DNA from: Nevskiaceae bacterium
Lineage (GTDB): Bacteria; Patescibacteriota; Microgenomatia; PFEM01
Direction of reading: 5' to 3'
Assembly: GCA_035527075.1 (NCBI GenBank)
Contig: DATLBE010000039.1
Span: 1-51,813, forward strand
DNA: 51,813 bases
Shown one piece after another: positions 8,462-19,287 of the stretch (the stretch's first letter is position 1; the number at the start of each line of letters is the position of its first letter). The notes under the pieces were generated by a model that was not told the origin of the DNA, ran no database searches, and saw nothing but the letters and a program-made list of their open reading frames with translations. The translations under genes were made by a program, and so were the position numbers.

Positions 8462-8988
8462 CTCCTCACCCGTTCCATAATATCTTGATGAATCTCTTCA
8501 ATTGGCCTTTCACCATCAACCTTTTCCAAAATTCCCATCTGCCGATAATAATCCAAAACTGGTTCTGTCTGATTGTGGTAAATTTTAAGTCTTTTTTTAA
8601 TCAATTCCGGCGTATCATCCTTTCGGCCTCGTTTAACCAGACGCTTGATATTCACCTCATCAGAAACGTCAAGGTAAAAAACCTCATCCACCTCAAAAGG
8701 CTGGATTTTGGCCTGACTGAGAGTTCTAGGTGAACCATCTAAAACAAACCCCTTCCGGTACTTTGGTTTTTTTATTTCTTTGCCTAAAATTTTTCTATGG
8801 TCTTTATCGCTGACTAATTCTCCTTTATCAAGAATTTTCTTAATCTTTCTTGCCAACGAAGAATTTTGCTCCGATATACACCGGTACAACTCACCAGTTT
8901 GTAAGTGAGGCAACTCAAATTCTCTTGCTAAAAGTTCTGCTTGAGTGGATTTACCTGAACCTTGGGGCCCCATGACAATAATTTTCAT
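8458..8988 (-). CDS. adk: adenylate kinase (short form, reduced LID)
   Basis: P-loop MGPQGSGKSTQAELLA. Only 176 aa. Confidence 0.92.
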   Translation of the reverse strand: MKIIVMGPQGSGKSTQAELLAREFELPHLQTGELYRCISEQNSSLARKIKKILDKGELVSDKDHRKILGKEIKKPKYRKGFVLDGSPRTLSQAKIQPFEVDEVFYLDVSDEVNIKRLVKRGRKDDTPELIKKRLKIYHNQTEPVLDYYRQMGILEKVDGERPIEEIHQDIMERVRR

Positions 8989-10275
8989 TTATTTAAGAAA
9001 ACCATCATAACTTCTCATCACCATCATTGCTTCAAGCTGCTTGGTAGTTTCTAAGATAACAGAAACGACAATTAAAATGCCGGTGCCTCCAATGGTCATC
9101 GTTGCTACGCCGGTTAAACCCTGAGCTAACGAAGGCAAAATGGCAATTAATCCCAAAAAAACCGCTCCCACCAGGGTGATTCTAGTCAGGACCCGGTTAA
9201 GATACTCAACTGTGGGTTTCCCCGGTCTAATCCCTGGAATAAAACCACCGTGTTTCTTAATCTCATCAGCAATTTTTTCGGGATTAAAGACAATCGCCGT
9301 ATAAAAATAAGTAAAACCAATCACCAGTAAAAAATAAACTAAATTATAAATCAAACCGCCAGGTTGAAAAGTTGTTGCCAAACCCCTGGCAACTTTGGCC
9401 AAAAAAGGGCTAGGAACATTCTGTAAAAAATTTCCTACCATTGAAGGCAATAAAACCAAAGAAACCGCAAAAATAATAGGAATCACCCCCGCTTGGTTAA
9501 TCCGCAAAGGCAAAAAAGTAGACTGACCACCATAAATCCGCCGACCTTTAATTCTGCGCGCGTATTGAATTCTAATTTTGCGAGACGCTTCATTAATAAA
9601 AACCACGGACGAAATCACTAAAAGACTCATTACTACAAAAGTGATTAAATTAAAAAAACCCTCTGGTTCAACCACCGCTAAAGTTTGCCAAGTTGAAACC
9701 GGAAAACGGCTGACAATCCCGGCAAAAATAATCATCGAAATTCCATTGCCAATGCCGTTTTCTGAAATTAACTCGCCTAACCACATCAAAAGAATTGTCC
9801 CGGCAGTCATGGTGGTAATAATCCCCACAAGACCCAAAGAAGAAACCGAGGTAATAATTTGTTGATTTTTTAAAAGAAAATACATTCCTAGCGCCTGTAA
9901 AGCCGCTAACGGCGCAGCTAAAAACCGGGTGTACTGATTAATTTTTTCTCGACCGTATTCGCCTTCTTGAGATAGGGCTTCAAGCTGAGGAATAACCATC
10001 GTTAAAAGCTGAAAAATAATTGAGGCATTGATGTAGGGGCCCAAGCCTAAAGCCATAATGGAAAAGTTAGCCAATGTTCCCCCTGAAAAAATATCCAAAA
10101 GGCCTAAAAGTTGGCTTTTGGCAAAAAGCTGGCGTAAAGCACTGGCATCAACTCCAGGAACAGGAATATGGGCACACAAACGAAAAATCGCAAAAACGGC
10201 GACCGTAAAAACCAATCGCTTCCTTAAGTCAGCCACCCGCCAAGCGTTTTTAATAACTGAAATTAGTTTGTTCAT
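8989..10275 (-). CDS. secY: preprotein translocase subunit SecY
   Basis: 10-TM SecY family sequence in the conserved spc-operon position. Confidence 0.96.
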   Translation of the reverse strand: MNKLISVIKNAWRVADLRKRLVFTVAVFAIFRLCAHIPVPGVDASALRQLFAKSQLLGLLDIFSGGTLANFSIMALGLGPYINASIIFQLLTMVIPQLEALSQEGEYGREKINQYTRFLAAPLAALQALGMYFLLKNQQIITSVSSLGLVGIITTMTAGTILLMWLGELISENGIGNGISMIIFAGIVSRFPVSTWQTLAVVEPEGFFNLITFVVMSLLVISSVVFINEASRKIRIQYARRIKGRRIYGGQSTFLPLRINQAGVIPIIFAVSLVLLPSMVGNFLQNVPSPFLAKVARGLATTFQPGGLIYNLVYFLLVIGFTYFYTAIVFNPEKIADEIKKHGGFIPGIRPGKPTVEYLNRVLTRITLVGAVFLGLIAILPSLAQGLTGVATMTIGGTGILIVVSVILETTKQLEAMMVMRSYDGFLK

Positions 10276-10278
10276 TTT

Positions 10279-10725
10279 TTAAATTACCTTACCACCAGCT
10301 TTTTCAATTTTAAGGCTTGCTCCTCCAGAAGTGGGCAGTTCAACTTTTAAAGCGACCTTTAATTGGCCGTCGCCTAAGATTTTAACACCAAATTTTTTTG
10401 CCTCTTTTTCCAAAATAATACCCCGCTTGACCAACGTTTTAAGATTAACCTTTTCGTCTTTCTGAAAAAGATTAAGATACTTAACGTTAACGCCGATTGG
10501 CTTGGGTTTAAATGATTTAAATTTTCCTTTCCCACGTTTTAGCGGCAAGCGTTTAAGGAACGATTTTCTTGTTTTGGTGCCGGCAAAACTTAAAGCCACC
10601 TTACTCCGTGCCTTAGTGCCTTTACTACCCCGACCAACAGTATGGCCACCCTTGCCAGAACCATAGCCTCGGCCGAGTCGTTTTTTAGATTTTTTGGTTG
10701 TTTTTGGTAACTTATCAAGCTTCAT
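10279..10725 (-). CDS. rplO: 50S ribosomal protein L15
   Basis: [22 protein letters not shown] motif. Confidence 0.95.
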   Translation of the reverse strand: MKLDKLPKTTKKSKKRLGRGYGSGKGGHTVGRGSKGTKARSKVALSFAGTKTRKSFLKRLPLKRGKGKFKSFKPKPIGVNVKYLNLFQKDEKVNLKTLVKRGIILEKEAKKFGVKILGDGQLKVALKVELPTSGGASLKIEKAGGKVI

Positions 10726-11158
10726 CTTTTAATCTTCTCAATGCTTCCATAGTAGCATAAACATTGCTTGCTTTGTTTCTGGTACCCAAAATTTTGGCGA
10801 CAATATCTTTGACGCCCGCAGCTTCAACCACAACCCGAACCGCACCACCAGCCCTAATGCCTGTACCCGGAGGCGCTGGTTTAAGCAAAATTTTAGCCGC
10901 CCCTTTTTTTACTTTAATCATATAAGGAATCGTCGTCTTTTTCATCGGCACACTAATTAAATGTTTTTTGGCCCTTTTTATGCCTTTTTTAATCGCACCG
11001 ATAACATCAATGCCTTTACCTAGCCCCACACCTACTTTGCCTTTTTTATCACCAACAACGACAAGAACCGAAAAACTAATTCGATTGCCTCCTTTGGTTT
11101 TCTTTGAAACCCGATTAATCTGAACCACTTTCTCTTCGTATTCTCTTTCTTCCATCAA
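10715..11158 (-). CDS. rpsE: 30S ribosomal protein S5
   Basis: ...[14 protein letters not shown]...VVVGD.KG.VG.G. It is followed directly by rplO, with no rpmD between them. Confidence 0.95.
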   Translation of the reverse strand: MMEEREYEEKVVQINRVSKKTKGGNRISFSVLVVVGDKKGKVGVGLGKGIDVIGAIKKGIKRAKKHLISVPMKKTTIPYMIKVKKGAAKILLKPAPPGTGIRAGGAVRVVVEAAGVKDIVAKILGTRNKASNVYATMEALRRLKDEA

Positions 11159-11463
11159 AATTCCAAACCTCCTTTCCTGGCACCATCAGCCAAGGCTTTT
11201 ACCCGACCATGATATTTGTAACCTCGACGATCAAAAACAACTTTTTTAATTTTGGCTTTTAAGCCTTTTTTAGCCAAGAGCTGACCGATTTTAAACGCCT
11301 TTTCTTTCTTCGTTAATTTCTGAGCCTCTTTACCTAACTTTAAACTGGTGGCTGCAACCAATGTTTTTCCTTTTCCATCATCAATAATTTGAGCATAAAT
11401 AGCTTTATGGGAACGAAAAACGCTCAGTCTTGGCCTTGTTGATGTTCCTTTTATTTTTTTCAT
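11155..11463 (-). CDS. rplR: 50S ribosomal protein L18
   Basis: [20 protein letters not shown] motif. Confidence 0.95.
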   Translation of the reverse strand: MKKIKGTSTRPRLSVFRSHKAIYAQIIDDGKGKTLVAATSLKLGKEAQKLTKKEKAFKIGQLLAKKGLKAKIKKVVFDRRGYKYHGRVKALADGARKGGLEF

Positions 11464-12029
11464 TATCCTTCTTCCCCGAAACCGGCAGCACCTACCTTGC
11501 CTGCTTTACCAGGCTTAAGCTTAACCCTCTCGTCTTGATAGCGAATCCCTTTACCTTTGTAAGGATCAGGCGGTCGTATAGCCCTGATGCTAGCCGCTAC
11601 CTGACCAACTAAAGCTTTATCAATACCACTGATCTTAACAAGATTATTGGCTTCTATCTCAAATTTTATTCCTGGTGGCGGTTCTCGTTCAACCAGGTGA
11701 GAAAAACCCAATGACAAAATTAATTTTTGGCCTTCAAGTTTGGCCTGGAAACCTGTACCTACCACCTCTAGTATTTTGCTAAAACCTTGCTGAACACCTT
11801 CAATCATATTGGCGATCAAGCTTCTGGTTAAACCATGAAGGGAACGGCCCAATTTATCATCCGCCTGGCGTTTAACTTTGACTTGGCCTTGGTCAATTTC
11901 AACCTTAACTTGAGGTTGAAATTTTTGAACCAAAGTTCCTTTAGGCCCGATAACCTTCACTTCATCAGGCTTAACCTCAACCGCTACTCCCGCTGGAATT
12001 TCAATTGGCTTTTGGCCTATTCTTGACAT
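11463..12029 (-). CDS. rplF: 50S ribosomal protein L6
   Basis: [15 protein letters not shown]. The start is at Met12 of the ORF. Confidence 0.95.
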   Translation of the reverse strand: MSRIGQKPIEIPAGVAVEVKPDEVKVIGPKGTLVQKFQPQVKVEIDQGQVKVKRQADDKLGRSLHGLTRSLIANMIEGVQQGFSKILEVVGTGFQAKLEGQKLILSLGFSHLVEREPPPGIKFEIEANNLVKISGIDKALVGQVAASIRAIRPPDPYKGKGIRYQDERVKLKPGKAGKVGAAGFGEEG

Positions 12030-12033
12030 TTTT

Positions 12034-12423
12034 TTACCAAATTTCACAAATAACTTCTCCACCTAAATTCTTCTTTTTTGCTTCTTGCCCTGTCATTAAA
12101 CCATTTGAGGTGGAAACAATATTAAATCCAATACCTAACTTTGGTCTTTTTAATTTTTTACTTTGGCAATAAACTCTTAAGCCCGGTTTTGAAACTCGTT
12201 TAATCTTGTTTACCGCTGGTCTTTTGCCAATATACTTTAAGGTTAAAACCAAAATTTTAAATTTTTTCTCTTTTGCCACTTTTACTTCTTCCAAACACCC
12301 TTTTTTAACCATAATCTTGGCAATACTTTGATTAATTTTGGAATGAGGCAACTTAACCACCTTAATTCTGGCCTGATAGCCATTTCTTATTCTAGTTAAC
12401 ATGTCAGCAATTGGATCGGTCAT
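12034..12423 (-). CDS. rpsH: 30S ribosomal protein S8
   Basis: MTDPIADMLTRIRNG. Confidence 0.96.
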   Translation of the reverse strand: MTDPIADMLTRIRNGYQARIKVVKLPHSKINQSIAKIMVKKGCLEEVKVAKEKKFKILVLTLKYIGKRPAVNKIKRVSKPGLRVYCQSKKLKRPKLGIGFNIVSTSNGLMTGQEAKKKNLGGEVICEIW

Positions 12424-12429
12424 AGTTTT

Positions 12430-12615
12430 TTACCAGGAGGCTTTCGTCACTCCTGGCACTTCTCCTTTATGAGCTAATTCACGAAAACATAATCGACAAA
12501 GACCAAAAAGCCTAATGTAGCCTCTTGGCCGACCACAAAGACGACAACGATAGCGTCTTCTGGTCGGATATTTCGGTTTCTTAAGTTCTTTAACGATTTT
12601 TGATGTTTTAGCCAT
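12430..12615 (-). CDS. rpsN: 30S ribosomal protein S14 type Z (zinc-binding, 61 aa)
   Basis: [38 protein letters not shown]. Confidence 0.95.
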   Translation of the reverse strand: MAKTSKIVKELKKPKYPTRRRYRCRLCGRPRGYIRLFGLCRLCFRELAHKGEVPGVTKASW

Positions 12616-13084
12616 GTTCAAAGGGCATCCCCAATTCTTCTAATAACTTCTGGGCTTCTTTGTCTGAATCAGTATTGGTAACAATGGTAACCTGCAAACC
12701 CCTAACTTTGTCAATCTTGCTGGTATCAATCTCAGGAAAAACAATTTGTTCGGTGATACCCAAATTATAATTACCTTGACCATCAAAACTTTTAATTGAT
12801 AATCCCTGAAAATCACGCAAACGAGGCAAAGCAATCCGAAAAAGTTTTTGTAAAAAAGCTTCCATCTGTCTGCCTCTGAGAGTGACTTTCAATCCAATTG
12901 GCGTTCCCTTTATAAGTTTAAATTCAGAAATTGAAACTCGAGCTCGACAAACCTTTGGTTTTTGGCCGGTAATGGTCATTATATCCCGACCGGCTGCCTC
13001 AACCGCAGCTTTATTCTGAACACCCTCACCCACACCCATGCTGACAATCACTTTTTTAATTTGGTTTCTTTTTATTTTATTCAT
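12608..13084 (-). CDS. rplE: 50S ribosomal protein L5 (N-terminally short)
   Basis: ...[10 protein letters not shown]...[20 protein letters not shown]. The ATG at 13084 overlaps the rplX stop (ATGA). It is about 20 aa shorter at the N-terminus than E. coli L5. Confidence 0.93.
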   Translation of the reverse strand: MNKIKRNQIKKVIVSMGVGEGVQNKAAVEAAGRDIMTITGQKPKVCRARVSISEFKLIKGTPIGLKVTLRGRQMEAFLQKLFRIALPRLRDFQGLSIKSFDGQGNYNLGITEQIVFPEIDTSKIDKVRGLQVTIVTNTDSDKEAQKLLEELGMPFEHG

Positions 13085-13386
13085 ACAACCGCCTGGCACT
13101 TTTTACAAATTCGATTTTTCCCCTCCTTGCTAATTCGATAACCAATCCTTGTTTTTTGGCCACACTTTGGGCAAAGCAAAACGACATTAGCTACAGGCAA
13201 AGGCTTAGCGATATCAACAATACCTCCCGGTTTACCTTCACCTTGAGACTTAACAAATTTTTTGTAAACATTAATCCCGGGAATTAAAACCTTACCCAAG
13301 CGAGGGAACATTTTTTCAATCTTCCCCTTAGCCCCCTTATCTTTGCCAGCAATCACCACAATCCGATCATCTTTTTTTAACTTCAT
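13081..13386 (-). CDS. rplX: 50S ribosomal protein L24
   Basis: [20 protein letters not shown] (KOW motif), plus a C-terminal CPKC...CKKC. Confidence 0.95.
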   Translation of the reverse strand: MKLKKDDRIVVIAGKDKGAKGKIEKMFPRLGKVLIPGINVYKKFVKSQGEGKPGGIVDIAKPLPVANVVLLCPKCGQKTRIGYRISKEGKNRICKKCQAVV

Positions 13387-13751
13387 AACATCTCCCTAGC
13401 CTGCGAAACGATTTTGTTAAAACCAGCTTCTTTAATCTCCCGAGTAATCGGTCCAAAAATTCTTGTGCCTCTTGGCGCGCCTTCTTTATCAATAATCACG
13501 CCAGCATTGTCATCAAAACGAATATAAGAACCATCCGGCCGCCTGGTTTCTTTTTTAGTCCGAACTACCAAAACCCGAACCTGTTCTGAGTCTTTCACCA
13601 CACCGTTTGGATCAGCCTGGTCGACCACTGCCCGAACAATATCACCAACTCGGCCAAAACGACGCTTTGAGCCACCATAAATGTGGATTACTCGCAAACG
13701 TTTAGCACCAGTATTATCAGCTGGTTTTAAAATGCTTCTTAACTGAATCAT
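13383..13751 (-). CDS. rplN: 50S ribosomal protein L14
   Basis: [17 protein letters not shown]. Confidence 0.97.
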   Translation of the reverse strand: MIQLRSILKPADNTGAKRLRVIHIYGGSKRRFGRVGDIVRAVVDQADPNGVVKDSEQVRVLVVRTKKETRRPDGSYIRFDDNAGVIIDKEGAPRGTRIFGPITREIKEAGFNKIVSQAREML

Positions 13752-13978
13752 TTTTTAAGCACCTCCACGATTCGCCATCTTTTGGTTTTGCTGATCGGTC
13801 TGGTTTCAACAATTTTTACATTATCGCCAAGTTTCACACCAATCTCATCATGAACATGATATTTTTTAGTAACCTTAATTCCTTTTTTATAAATCGGATG
13901 GATTTTTCGTCTCTCCACTAAGACGGTGGCAGTTTTTGCCATTTTAGTACTAATCACTTTGCCCTTAACTAGTTTCAT
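13748..13978 (-). CDS. rpsQ: 30S ribosomal protein S17
   Basis: [28 protein letters not shown]. Confidence 0.95.
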   Translation of the reverse strand: MKLVKGKVISTKMAKTATVLVERRKIHPIYKKGIKVTKKYHVHDEIGVKLGDNVKIVETRPISKTKRWRIVEVLKK

Positions 13979-14174
13979 TTAACTCCTTTTGGCGAAAAAC
14001 TGTTTTTGCTCTGGCTAAATCACGCCTTTTTTTAAGCACGGCTCGAACATCTTTTAACCTGCCTGATCCAAGATCAATTTTCATTCTGACCAACTCCTCT
14101 TCCATCTTTTTTATTAAAATTTTTAGTTCCTGGCTGGTTTTGGCGTGGAGCTGACTGATTTCTTTTTTTTTCAT
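13965..14174 (-). CDS. rpmC: 50S ribosomal protein L29
   Basis: Small helical protein in the conserved position between rplP and rpsQ. Confidence 0.9.
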   Translation of the reverse strand: MKKKEISQLHAKTSQELKILIKKMEEELVRMKIDLGSGRLKDVRAVLKKRRDLARAKTVFRQKELNETS

Positions 14175-14176
14175 AG

Positions 14177-14581
14177 TTATCTTGTGATAAATTTAGTTCT
14201 AAAAGGCAATTTGGCGCTAGCCCTTTTCATCGCTTCTTGGGCTGTTGGTTGATCAACTCCAGCTAGTTCAAAAATAATCTTTCCCGGAATGACCACAGCG
14301 ACATGATTTTTAACATCACCTTTACCTGCGCCCATCCCTACCCCAAGCCCTTTGCCAGTAATCGGCTTATCAGGAAAAACCCTAATCCAAACTTTACCGG
14401 CTCTTTTAGTATAATGGGTGATTGCCACCCTGGCAGCTTCAATTTGCTGGCCAGTTAACCAGGCACGACCTAAGCTTTTTAAACCATAGTCGCCAAAGCT
14501 CAAATTTGTGCCCCGAGTTGCCCGGCCTCTCATTTTGCCTCGAAACTGTTTTCTAAATTTTTCCTTTCTTGGTTGTAACAT
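14177..14581 (-). CDS. rplP: 50S ribosomal protein L16
   Basis: [19 protein letters not shown] matches the canonical L16 N-terminus, so the start is at Met30 of the ORF. This leaves a 49-nt spacer after rpsC. Confidence 0.95.
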   Translation of the reverse strand: MLQPRKEKFRKQFRGKMRGRATRGTNLSFGDYGLKSLGRAWLTGQQIEAARVAITHYTKRAGKVWIRVFPDKPITGKGLGVGMGAGKGDVKNHVAVVIPGKIIFELAGVDQPTAQEAMKRASAKLPFRTKFITR

Positions 14582-14630
14582 TTTTTTTGAGCTTGCGAAA
14601 AACAAGGTTCCCCGCCGTAGGTGGGGGTTC

Positions 14631-15284
14631 TTACTTTTCCTCCCGGTAAATCCAAACCTTAACACCAATATAACCAGACCTGGTTAAAGCCGGTACTTGA
14701 GCGTAATCAATATCCGCCCGTAAGGTCTGGGTGGGGACTGTGGCACCCTTACCGCGATCACCAAATTTTTCCGTTCTTGAAATTTCGGCTCCCGCAATTC
14801 GGCCGGAAAGGACAATTTTTATTCCTTTAGCCCCTGCCGCCATTACCCGTTCAATCGTCCGGCTAACCACACGACGATGGGGAAATCTTTTCTCAAGCTG
14901 CTCAGCGATTCTTACAGCCACAAGTTGAGCCGAAAGCTCTGGGTTTTTAACCTCTAAAGGCTCTATTTCAAGATTTTTTTCTGGTTCATGAATCGAGACC
15001 ATTTGGCAAAGCTCTTTTTTAAGTAACTCTAGCCCTGAACCACCTCGACCAATCACCACTCCTGGCCGGCTGACATACAAAATAATTTTCATTTTATTAA
15101 TCGCCCTTTCTATCTGAACCTGGACAATCCCCGCCAGATTTAATTTTTTCATCAAATACCGCCGGATTTTAACATCCTCCAAAAGATTTTCCCGATATTG
15201 TTTTTTATCATCGGTAAACCAACGAGACTGCCAGTCTTTGGACTGGACGAGTCTAAAACCAATTGGATTAACTTTTTGTCCCAT
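14631..15284 (-). CDS. rpsC: 30S ribosomal protein S3
   Basis: [14 protein letters not shown] domain. Confidence 0.97.
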   Translation of the reverse strand: MGQKVNPIGFRLVQSKDWQSRWFTDDKKQYRENLLEDVKIRRYLMKKLNLAGIVQVQIERAINKMKIILYVSRPGVVIGRGGSGLELLKKELCQMVSIHEPEKNLEIEPLEVKNPELSAQLVAVRIAEQLEKRFPHRRVVSRTIERVMAAGAKGIKIVLSGRIAGAEISRTEKFGDRGKGATVPTQTLRADIDYAQVPALTRSGYIGVKVWIYREEK

Positions 15285-15286
15285 AA

Positions 15287-15646
15287 TTATTTCTTTTTAG
15301 CCTTCTTTTGAGCCGCTTCCCCTTCTAAAATCACTTTAATATGACAAGTTCTTTTTAAGATTGGGTGCCAGACACCTCGAGAAACTGGACGACCTCGCTT
15401 AAAAGTGGGACCTTTGCCAATTTCCAATCTTTTAATCAATAAATTATCTTTTTCAAGGTTAAGGTTATTAACGGCGTTGCCAACTGCCTGCTTTAAAGTT
15501 AAAAGTAAAGGTTTGGCCCCATTTTTATTCAAATGGGTTAAAATATCCATCGCCTCTTGGGTCGGTAAACCACGAACTAAATCAGCCACCAACCGCATTT
15601 TCCTCGGGCTGATTCTGACGTATTTTGATCGAGCAATGATTTCCAT
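15287..15646 (-). CDS. rplV: 50S ribosomal protein L22
   Basis: ARSKYVRISPRKMRLVADLVRG. Confidence 0.96.
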   Translation of the reverse strand: MEIIARSKYVRISPRKMRLVADLVRGLPTQEAMDILTHLNKNGAKPLLLTLKQAVGNAVNNLNLEKDNLLIKRLEIGKGPTFKRGRPVSRGVWHPILKRTCHIKVILEGEAAQKKAKKK

Positions 15647-15652
15647 GATAGT

Positions 15653-15934
15653 TTAAGTTTTGGTAATAATTCTTTTAACCATCCGACCATGACCTCTGAA
15701 TGTCCTGGTAGGTGCAAACTCTCCTAGACGATGGCCGACCATAGCCTCAGTGACAAAAACATCAACAAAAGCCCGACCATTATGAACCTGAAAAATATGG
15801 CCAACGAACTCAGGCGGAATTTGGCTGGCTCTTGCCCAGGTTTTAATTGGCTCTTTTTTACCTGACTTCTGAGCCATTACTTTTTTCAGCAATTTTTCGT
15901 CTACATATGGTCCTTTTTTACTTGATCGACCCAT
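15653..15934 (-). CDS. rpsS: 30S ribosomal protein S19
   Basis: [15 protein letters not shown]...HNGR.F..V. Confidence 0.97.
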   Translation of the reverse strand: MGRSSKKGPYVDEKLLKKVMAQKSGKKEPIKTWARASQIPPEFVGHIFQVHNGRAFVDVFVTEAMVGHRLGEFAPTRTFRGHGRMVKRIITKT

Positions 15935-15935
15935 T

Positions 15936-16679
15936 TTACTTTCTTCTCTTAAGAATTAACTTGTCAGAATATTTCTTTTTTTTTCTTGTTTTTTTACCTA
16001 AGGTTTTCTTACCCCAGGGGGATTTTGGGCTGGGCATACCAATGCCCGACTTTCCCTCACCGCCACCATGAGGATGAGATCCAGGATGTTGGGCAACACC
16101 TCGAACTGTTGGTCTGATTCCCATGTGCCTTTTTCGGCCAGCTTTGCCAATTTTTTCAGTTTTAAGCTCAGCTCTACTCAATTGACCAATGGTCGCAAAA
16201 CAAGCCAAGGGAATTCTTCTTACCTCTCCAGAGGGCAGTTTAAGATTGGCAAAGCCTGATTCCTTTGCCTGGACAACCGCCCCTGTTCCCGCACCTCGAG
16301 CCAATTGGCCACCTTTACCTGGAGCTAGCTCAATATTATGAACTAAAGTGCCCACGGGAATTTTTTTCAAAGGTAAAGCATTACCTACTTTAGGCTCTGC
16401 TTTTTTTCCAGAAACCAGCCAATCACCAACTTTTAAATCTTTTGGCGCTAAAATATAGCGCTTTTCACCGTCTTTGTAAACTAGCAAGGCAATATCGGCA
16501 GTCCGATTAGGATCGTATTCAATCGAAACTACCCGAGCCTTAATATCGTGTTTGTTTCTGACAAAATCAATTCTCCGCAAGAATCGTTTTTGCCGACCGC
16601 CTTGATGGCGAACCGTAATTTGACCACTGGCGTTTCGACCAGAATTTTTAGGTAAAATTTTTAAAAGTTTTTTACTCAT
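15936..16679 (-). CDS. rplB: 50S ribosomal protein L2 (N-terminally short)
   Basis: [16 protein letters not shown]...HPHGGGEGK. It lacks roughly the first 28 aa of E. coli L2. Confidence 0.95.
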   Translation of the reverse strand: MSKKLLKILPKNSGRNASGQITVRHQGGRQKRFLRRIDFVRNKHDIKARVVSIEYDPNRTADIALLVYKDGEKRYILAPKDLKVGDWLVSGKKAEPKVGNALPLKKIPVGTLVHNIELAPGKGGQLARGAGTGAVVQAKESGFANLKLPSGEVRRIPLACFATIGQLSRAELKTEKIGKAGRKRHMGIRPTVRGVAQHPGSHPHGGGEGKSGIGMPSPKSPWGKKTLGKKTRKKKKYSDKLILKRRK

Positions 16680-16990
16680 TTTTTCTTTATTTCCCTTTCT
16701 TCAGGAGCAGCTAAAATATCAATTTTTTCTCCCTCAGCTAATTGAACTAATGCTTTTTTCCAATTACCCGTTTTCACCTCTCTTTTACCAGAACCCACTT
16801 TTCTTGTTTTGCCTTTGGCCATCATTGTCCAAGCTGCCTTAACTTTCACTTTGAAAAACTTTTCCACAGCCTGTTTAATCTCTTTTTTAGTTGCCTGACG
16901 AGCAACTTGAAAAGTATATTTATTACCCTCCAGCCATCTGGTAGTTTTTTCAGTAATAATCGGCTTTTTGACAACCTTGATCAAATCCAT
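16676..16990 (-). CDS. rplW: 50S ribosomal protein L23
   Basis: [10 protein letters not shown]..., in the conserved position. Confidence 0.94.
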   Translation of the reverse strand: MDLIKVVKKPIITEKTTRWLEGNKYTFQVARQATKKEIKQAVEKFFKVKVKAAWTMMAKGKTRKVGSGKREVKTGNWKKALVQLAEGEKIDILAAPEEREIKKK

Positions 16991-17610
16991 GTTTTCTCCA
17001 ACTTAGAAACTGCTTCTTCCATTAAAACCATCTTGCCACCATTCAAAACTGCAAAAGTATTTAATAAATCAGCTTGAATTAAATTCAACTTTTCAATATT
17101 TTGGCCAGCCCGAAATACATTGTCTAGTTTGGCAGGCATGACTAATAAAGTTTTTAACTGCTCTAATTGCAAATTTTTCAATACCCTGGCCATTTCCTTT
17201 GTCTTCGGTTTCACTTTAGCAAGACCACTTACCACCAAAATTTCTTTATCCTTAAGCTTGGCGCTTAAGGACGAAAAAAGCGCAGCCCGCTTCATTTTTT
17301 TACTCATTTCTAATTTAAAATTTTGGTTGCCTCTTGGCCCATGGGCAACACCGCCACCAACAAAAATTGGTGCATAACGATCACCATGACGAGCCCGTCC
17401 TGTCCCTTTTTGGCGCCAAATCTTTCTACCCGAACCAGAAACCTCTCCGCGGCTTTTGGTTTTGGCATGAACCTTTCTTTGATTAGTCAAATAAACTTTA
17501 ATTGCTTGGGCCATGAGCGGCTCATTAACTTTGGCCGCAAAAATCCTTGGAGGAAGATTAATTTCCCCTGATTTTTTACCGCTGGTGTTTAACAAGGCTA
17601 TTTTAGGCAT
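16981..17610 (-). CDS. rplD: 50S ribosomal protein L4
   Basis: ...RKIWRQKGTGRARHGD.... Confidence 0.96.
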   Translation of the reverse strand: MPKIALLNTSGKKSGEINLPPRIFAAKVNEPLMAQAIKVYLTNQRKVHAKTKSRGEVSGSGRKIWRQKGTGRARHGDRYAPIFVGGGVAHGPRGNQNFKLEMSKKMKRAALFSSLSAKLKDKEILVVSGLAKVKPKTKEMARVLKNLQLEQLKTLLVMPAKLDNVFRAGQNIEKLNLIQADLLNTFAVLNGGKMVLMEEAVSKLEKTWI

Positions 17611-18214
17611 TTTGTTTTCTAATAATTAAAAAACCGTTTTTAGGACCAGGCAATAAGCCCTTAATTTCTAACAAATTATTCTTATCATCAACCTCAGTGA
17701 CTGTTAAACCAGAAATAGTCACTTTTTGACCACCAGCCCTACCAGGCATTTTTTTGCCCTTGTATACTCGACCAGGTGTCGTCCCTTGACCAATTGAACC
17801 TGGCGCTCTTTGCCGATCTGACTGGCCATGAGTTCTTGGGCCGCCTTTAAAACCCCATCTTTTCATCACACCAGTAAAACCCTTACCTTTTGACTGACCC
17901 GTCACTTTTACCTTGTCACCCACTTTAAAAACTTGACCGACTTTTATTTCATCTCCAATTTTAAGTCTGGGCAACTTGTCAACTCTGAATTCTCTCAAAA
18001 ATTTAGGAGCCGTTTTTGATTTGGCTCCTTTTTTTGGCTTTACTTTCTTTTCACCGAATCCAAACTGAATTGCGTTATAGCCATCCTTGCCAAGAGTTTT
18101 AATTTTGGCCACCTTGCAAGGGCCAGCCATAACCTGACTGACCGGCATTCGCCAGCCTGCTTTGTCAAATTTTTGAACCATATCAAGTTTTGTTCCTAAA
18201 ATTGCGTTTGTCAT
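17603..18214 (-). CDS. rplC: 50S ribosomal protein L3
   Basis: ...FKGGPRTHGQSDRQRAPGSIG.... Confidence 0.96.
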   Translation of the reverse strand: MTNAILGTKLDMVQKFDKAGWRMPVSQVMAGPCKVAKIKTLGKDGYNAIQFGFGEKKVKPKKGAKSKTAPKFLREFRVDKLPRLKIGDEIKVGQVFKVGDKVKVTGQSKGKGFTGVMKRWGFKGGPRTHGQSDRQRAPGSIGQGTTPGRVYKGKKMPGRAGGQKVTISGLTVTEVDDKNNLLEIKGLLPGPKNGFLIIRKQNA

Positions 18215-18245
18215 TTTCCCTTTATCCTGAACGTAGTCGAGGACA

Positions 18246-18270
18246 CCAAAAAGAGTGCCGGAGGCACTCT
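18246..18270 (-). terminator. intrinsic-terminator-like hairpin (possible attenuator) in the rplC leader
   Basis: Minus strand reads AGAGUGCC-UCC-GGCACUCU, a perfect 8-bp stem, followed by UUUUU. It lies about 32 nt upstream of the rplC ATG. Confidence 0.45.
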
Positions 18271-18338
18271 GATTTCAGACTCCTTTAATAAACTAAGCCT
18301 TTATGACGAGCTTATCACCTCCATTTTAAGATAGGGAA

Positions 18339-18367
18339 ATTATATAACATTAGCCACGAAGATGCAA
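18339..18367 (-). promoter_or_regulatory. sigma70-like promoter facing rplC
   Basis: Minus strand reads TTGCAT (18367-18362), a 17-nt spacer, then TATAAT (18344-18339). It lies immediately downstream of the rpsJ tail fragment. Confidence 0.4.
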
Positions 18368-18375
18368 GAAGAAAA

Positions 18376-18432
18376 TTACATTTTTATTTCTATATCAACG
18401 CCTGCCGGAAGGTCAAGGTGCACGAGAGAGTC
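18376..18432 (-). pseudogene. duplicated 3' fragment of rpsJ (last 18 codons plus stop)
   Basis: Translates to [18 protein letters not shown] versus [18 protein letters not shown] in intact rpsJ (19288-19344). The offset is 912 nt and 51/57 nt are identical by hand alignment. Of the 5 sense-codon differences, 4 are synonymous. Confidence 0.85.
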
Positions 18433-18435
18433 ATA

Positions 18436-18444
18436 TGATAAAAT
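18436..18444 (+). promoter_or_regulatory. extended -10 element (TGaTAAAAT) upstream of the nucleotidyltransferase gene
   Basis: TGATAAAAT lies about 28 nt upstream of the ATG at 18473. There is no convincing -35. Confidence 0.3.
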
Positions 18445-18472
18445 AATCATAGAAGCGGGAAAATTGGGCAGT

Positions 18473-19285
18473 ATGACTAATCCTAAAATCATCATTTCCA
18501 GGTTAAAAAAAGAATTAGAAAAAAACCCCCTTGTAGTTGGGCTAGTTTTAGTGGGCTCACAAATAAGAAAGACCATTTACATTGCCAACTCTTATTCGGA
18601 CATGGAAGTTTATATCATTGTCAAGGACGGCAATGAGGAAAAAATTGAGAAACAATTACCTAGTTTAGTGAATAAATTAGGTAAAGTGATTTTTTCTTAT
18701 AAAAATCAATGGGCGGGTTTTTCGACAGTTTTCGAAAATTTATTTAGGTTAGAACTACCAATCGTTAAACTTTCTGAGATAAATTCGGTTTTTTCTCGAC
18801 CAACCACTCAACCCGTTAAGGCTCTTATCGACAAAACTAATGGCCGACTGGATAAAGCCTTGACATCTCGCCCTAAAACTCTGAATTTCCAAAAATTGTT
18901 CCAAGATAAAGTAGTTGATTTCTGGTATATGGCTATTGTGGCTATCCAATATTATAAAAAGGATGAAGTCTATAATGCCCGCAAAGCACTTCATTTAATT
19001 CAATCTTCGCTCATTAAATTCTTTGAACTTTTAAATGACCCCAAAATATTACTCCTAGAAACAAACAAAATGATTGAACAATTCTTATCTCCACCACAAA
19101 TTAAACTACTTAAAGAAATAAGCCCTTCTTATGAGAAAAGCCAAATAAAACAAGCGCTGATTGGAACGATAAATATTTTTTCCGATGTGACAAAAGAAAT
19201 ATCAAAGAAACACAATTATAACTACCGCAGAGAAATCGAAAAAAAGATAAAGTCAAAACTTTTAAGACATTTGGCTGAGAATTGA
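18473..19285 (+). CDS. nucleotidyltransferase, ANT(6)/AadK-like (aminoglycoside 6-adenylyltransferase family fold)
   Basis: From Met38 of the ORF: VVGLVLVGSQ...SDMEVYIIV (GS...DxE), RLELPIV (third acidic residue), VKALIDK, and FWYMAIVAIQYY...ALHLIQSSLIKF. By recall these align with AadK motifs LEGSR...DYDISYFV, LDLTLIP, VKVLLDK and FWMVSTYVVKG. The first 37 ORF codons are antisense to the rpsJ fragment and are probably not translated. Confidence 0.6.
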   Translation: MTNPKIIISRLKKELEKNPLVVGLVLVGSQIRKTIYIANSYSDMEVYIIVKDGNEEKIEKQLPSLVNKLGKVIFSYKNQWAGFSTVFENLFRLELPIVKLSEINSVFSRPTTQPVKALIDKTNGRLDKALTSRPKTLNFQKLFQDKVVDFWYMAIVAIQYYKKDEVYNARKALHLIQSSLIKFFELLNDPKILLLETNKMIEQFLSPPQIKLLKEISPSYEKSQIKQALIGTINIFSDVTKEISKKHNYNYRREIEKKIKSKLLRHLAEN

Positions 19286-19287
19286 GA

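Larger units (their letters stand above)
18376..19287 (-). mobile_element. putative integrated cassette in the rpsJ 3' end (cargo: inverted ANT(6)-like gene), with no recombinase
   Basis: The single gene is bracketed by direct copies of the rpsJ tail. It interrupts the otherwise universal rpsJ-rplC junction. Confidence 0.4.

Noticed and set aside
14582-14630. 49-nt rpsC-rplP spacer with a short GC-rich segment (CCCCGCCGTAGGTGGGG) as a regulatory hairpin
   Set aside because: Only about 4 contiguous base pairs can form and there is no U-run. This is insufficient evidence.
18362-18472. N-terminal 37 codons of the plus-strand ORF ([24 protein letters not shown]…)
   Set aside because: This part is simply the antisense of the rpsJ tail fragment. 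Alignment with ANT(6)-type N-termini fits a start at the ATG at 18473.
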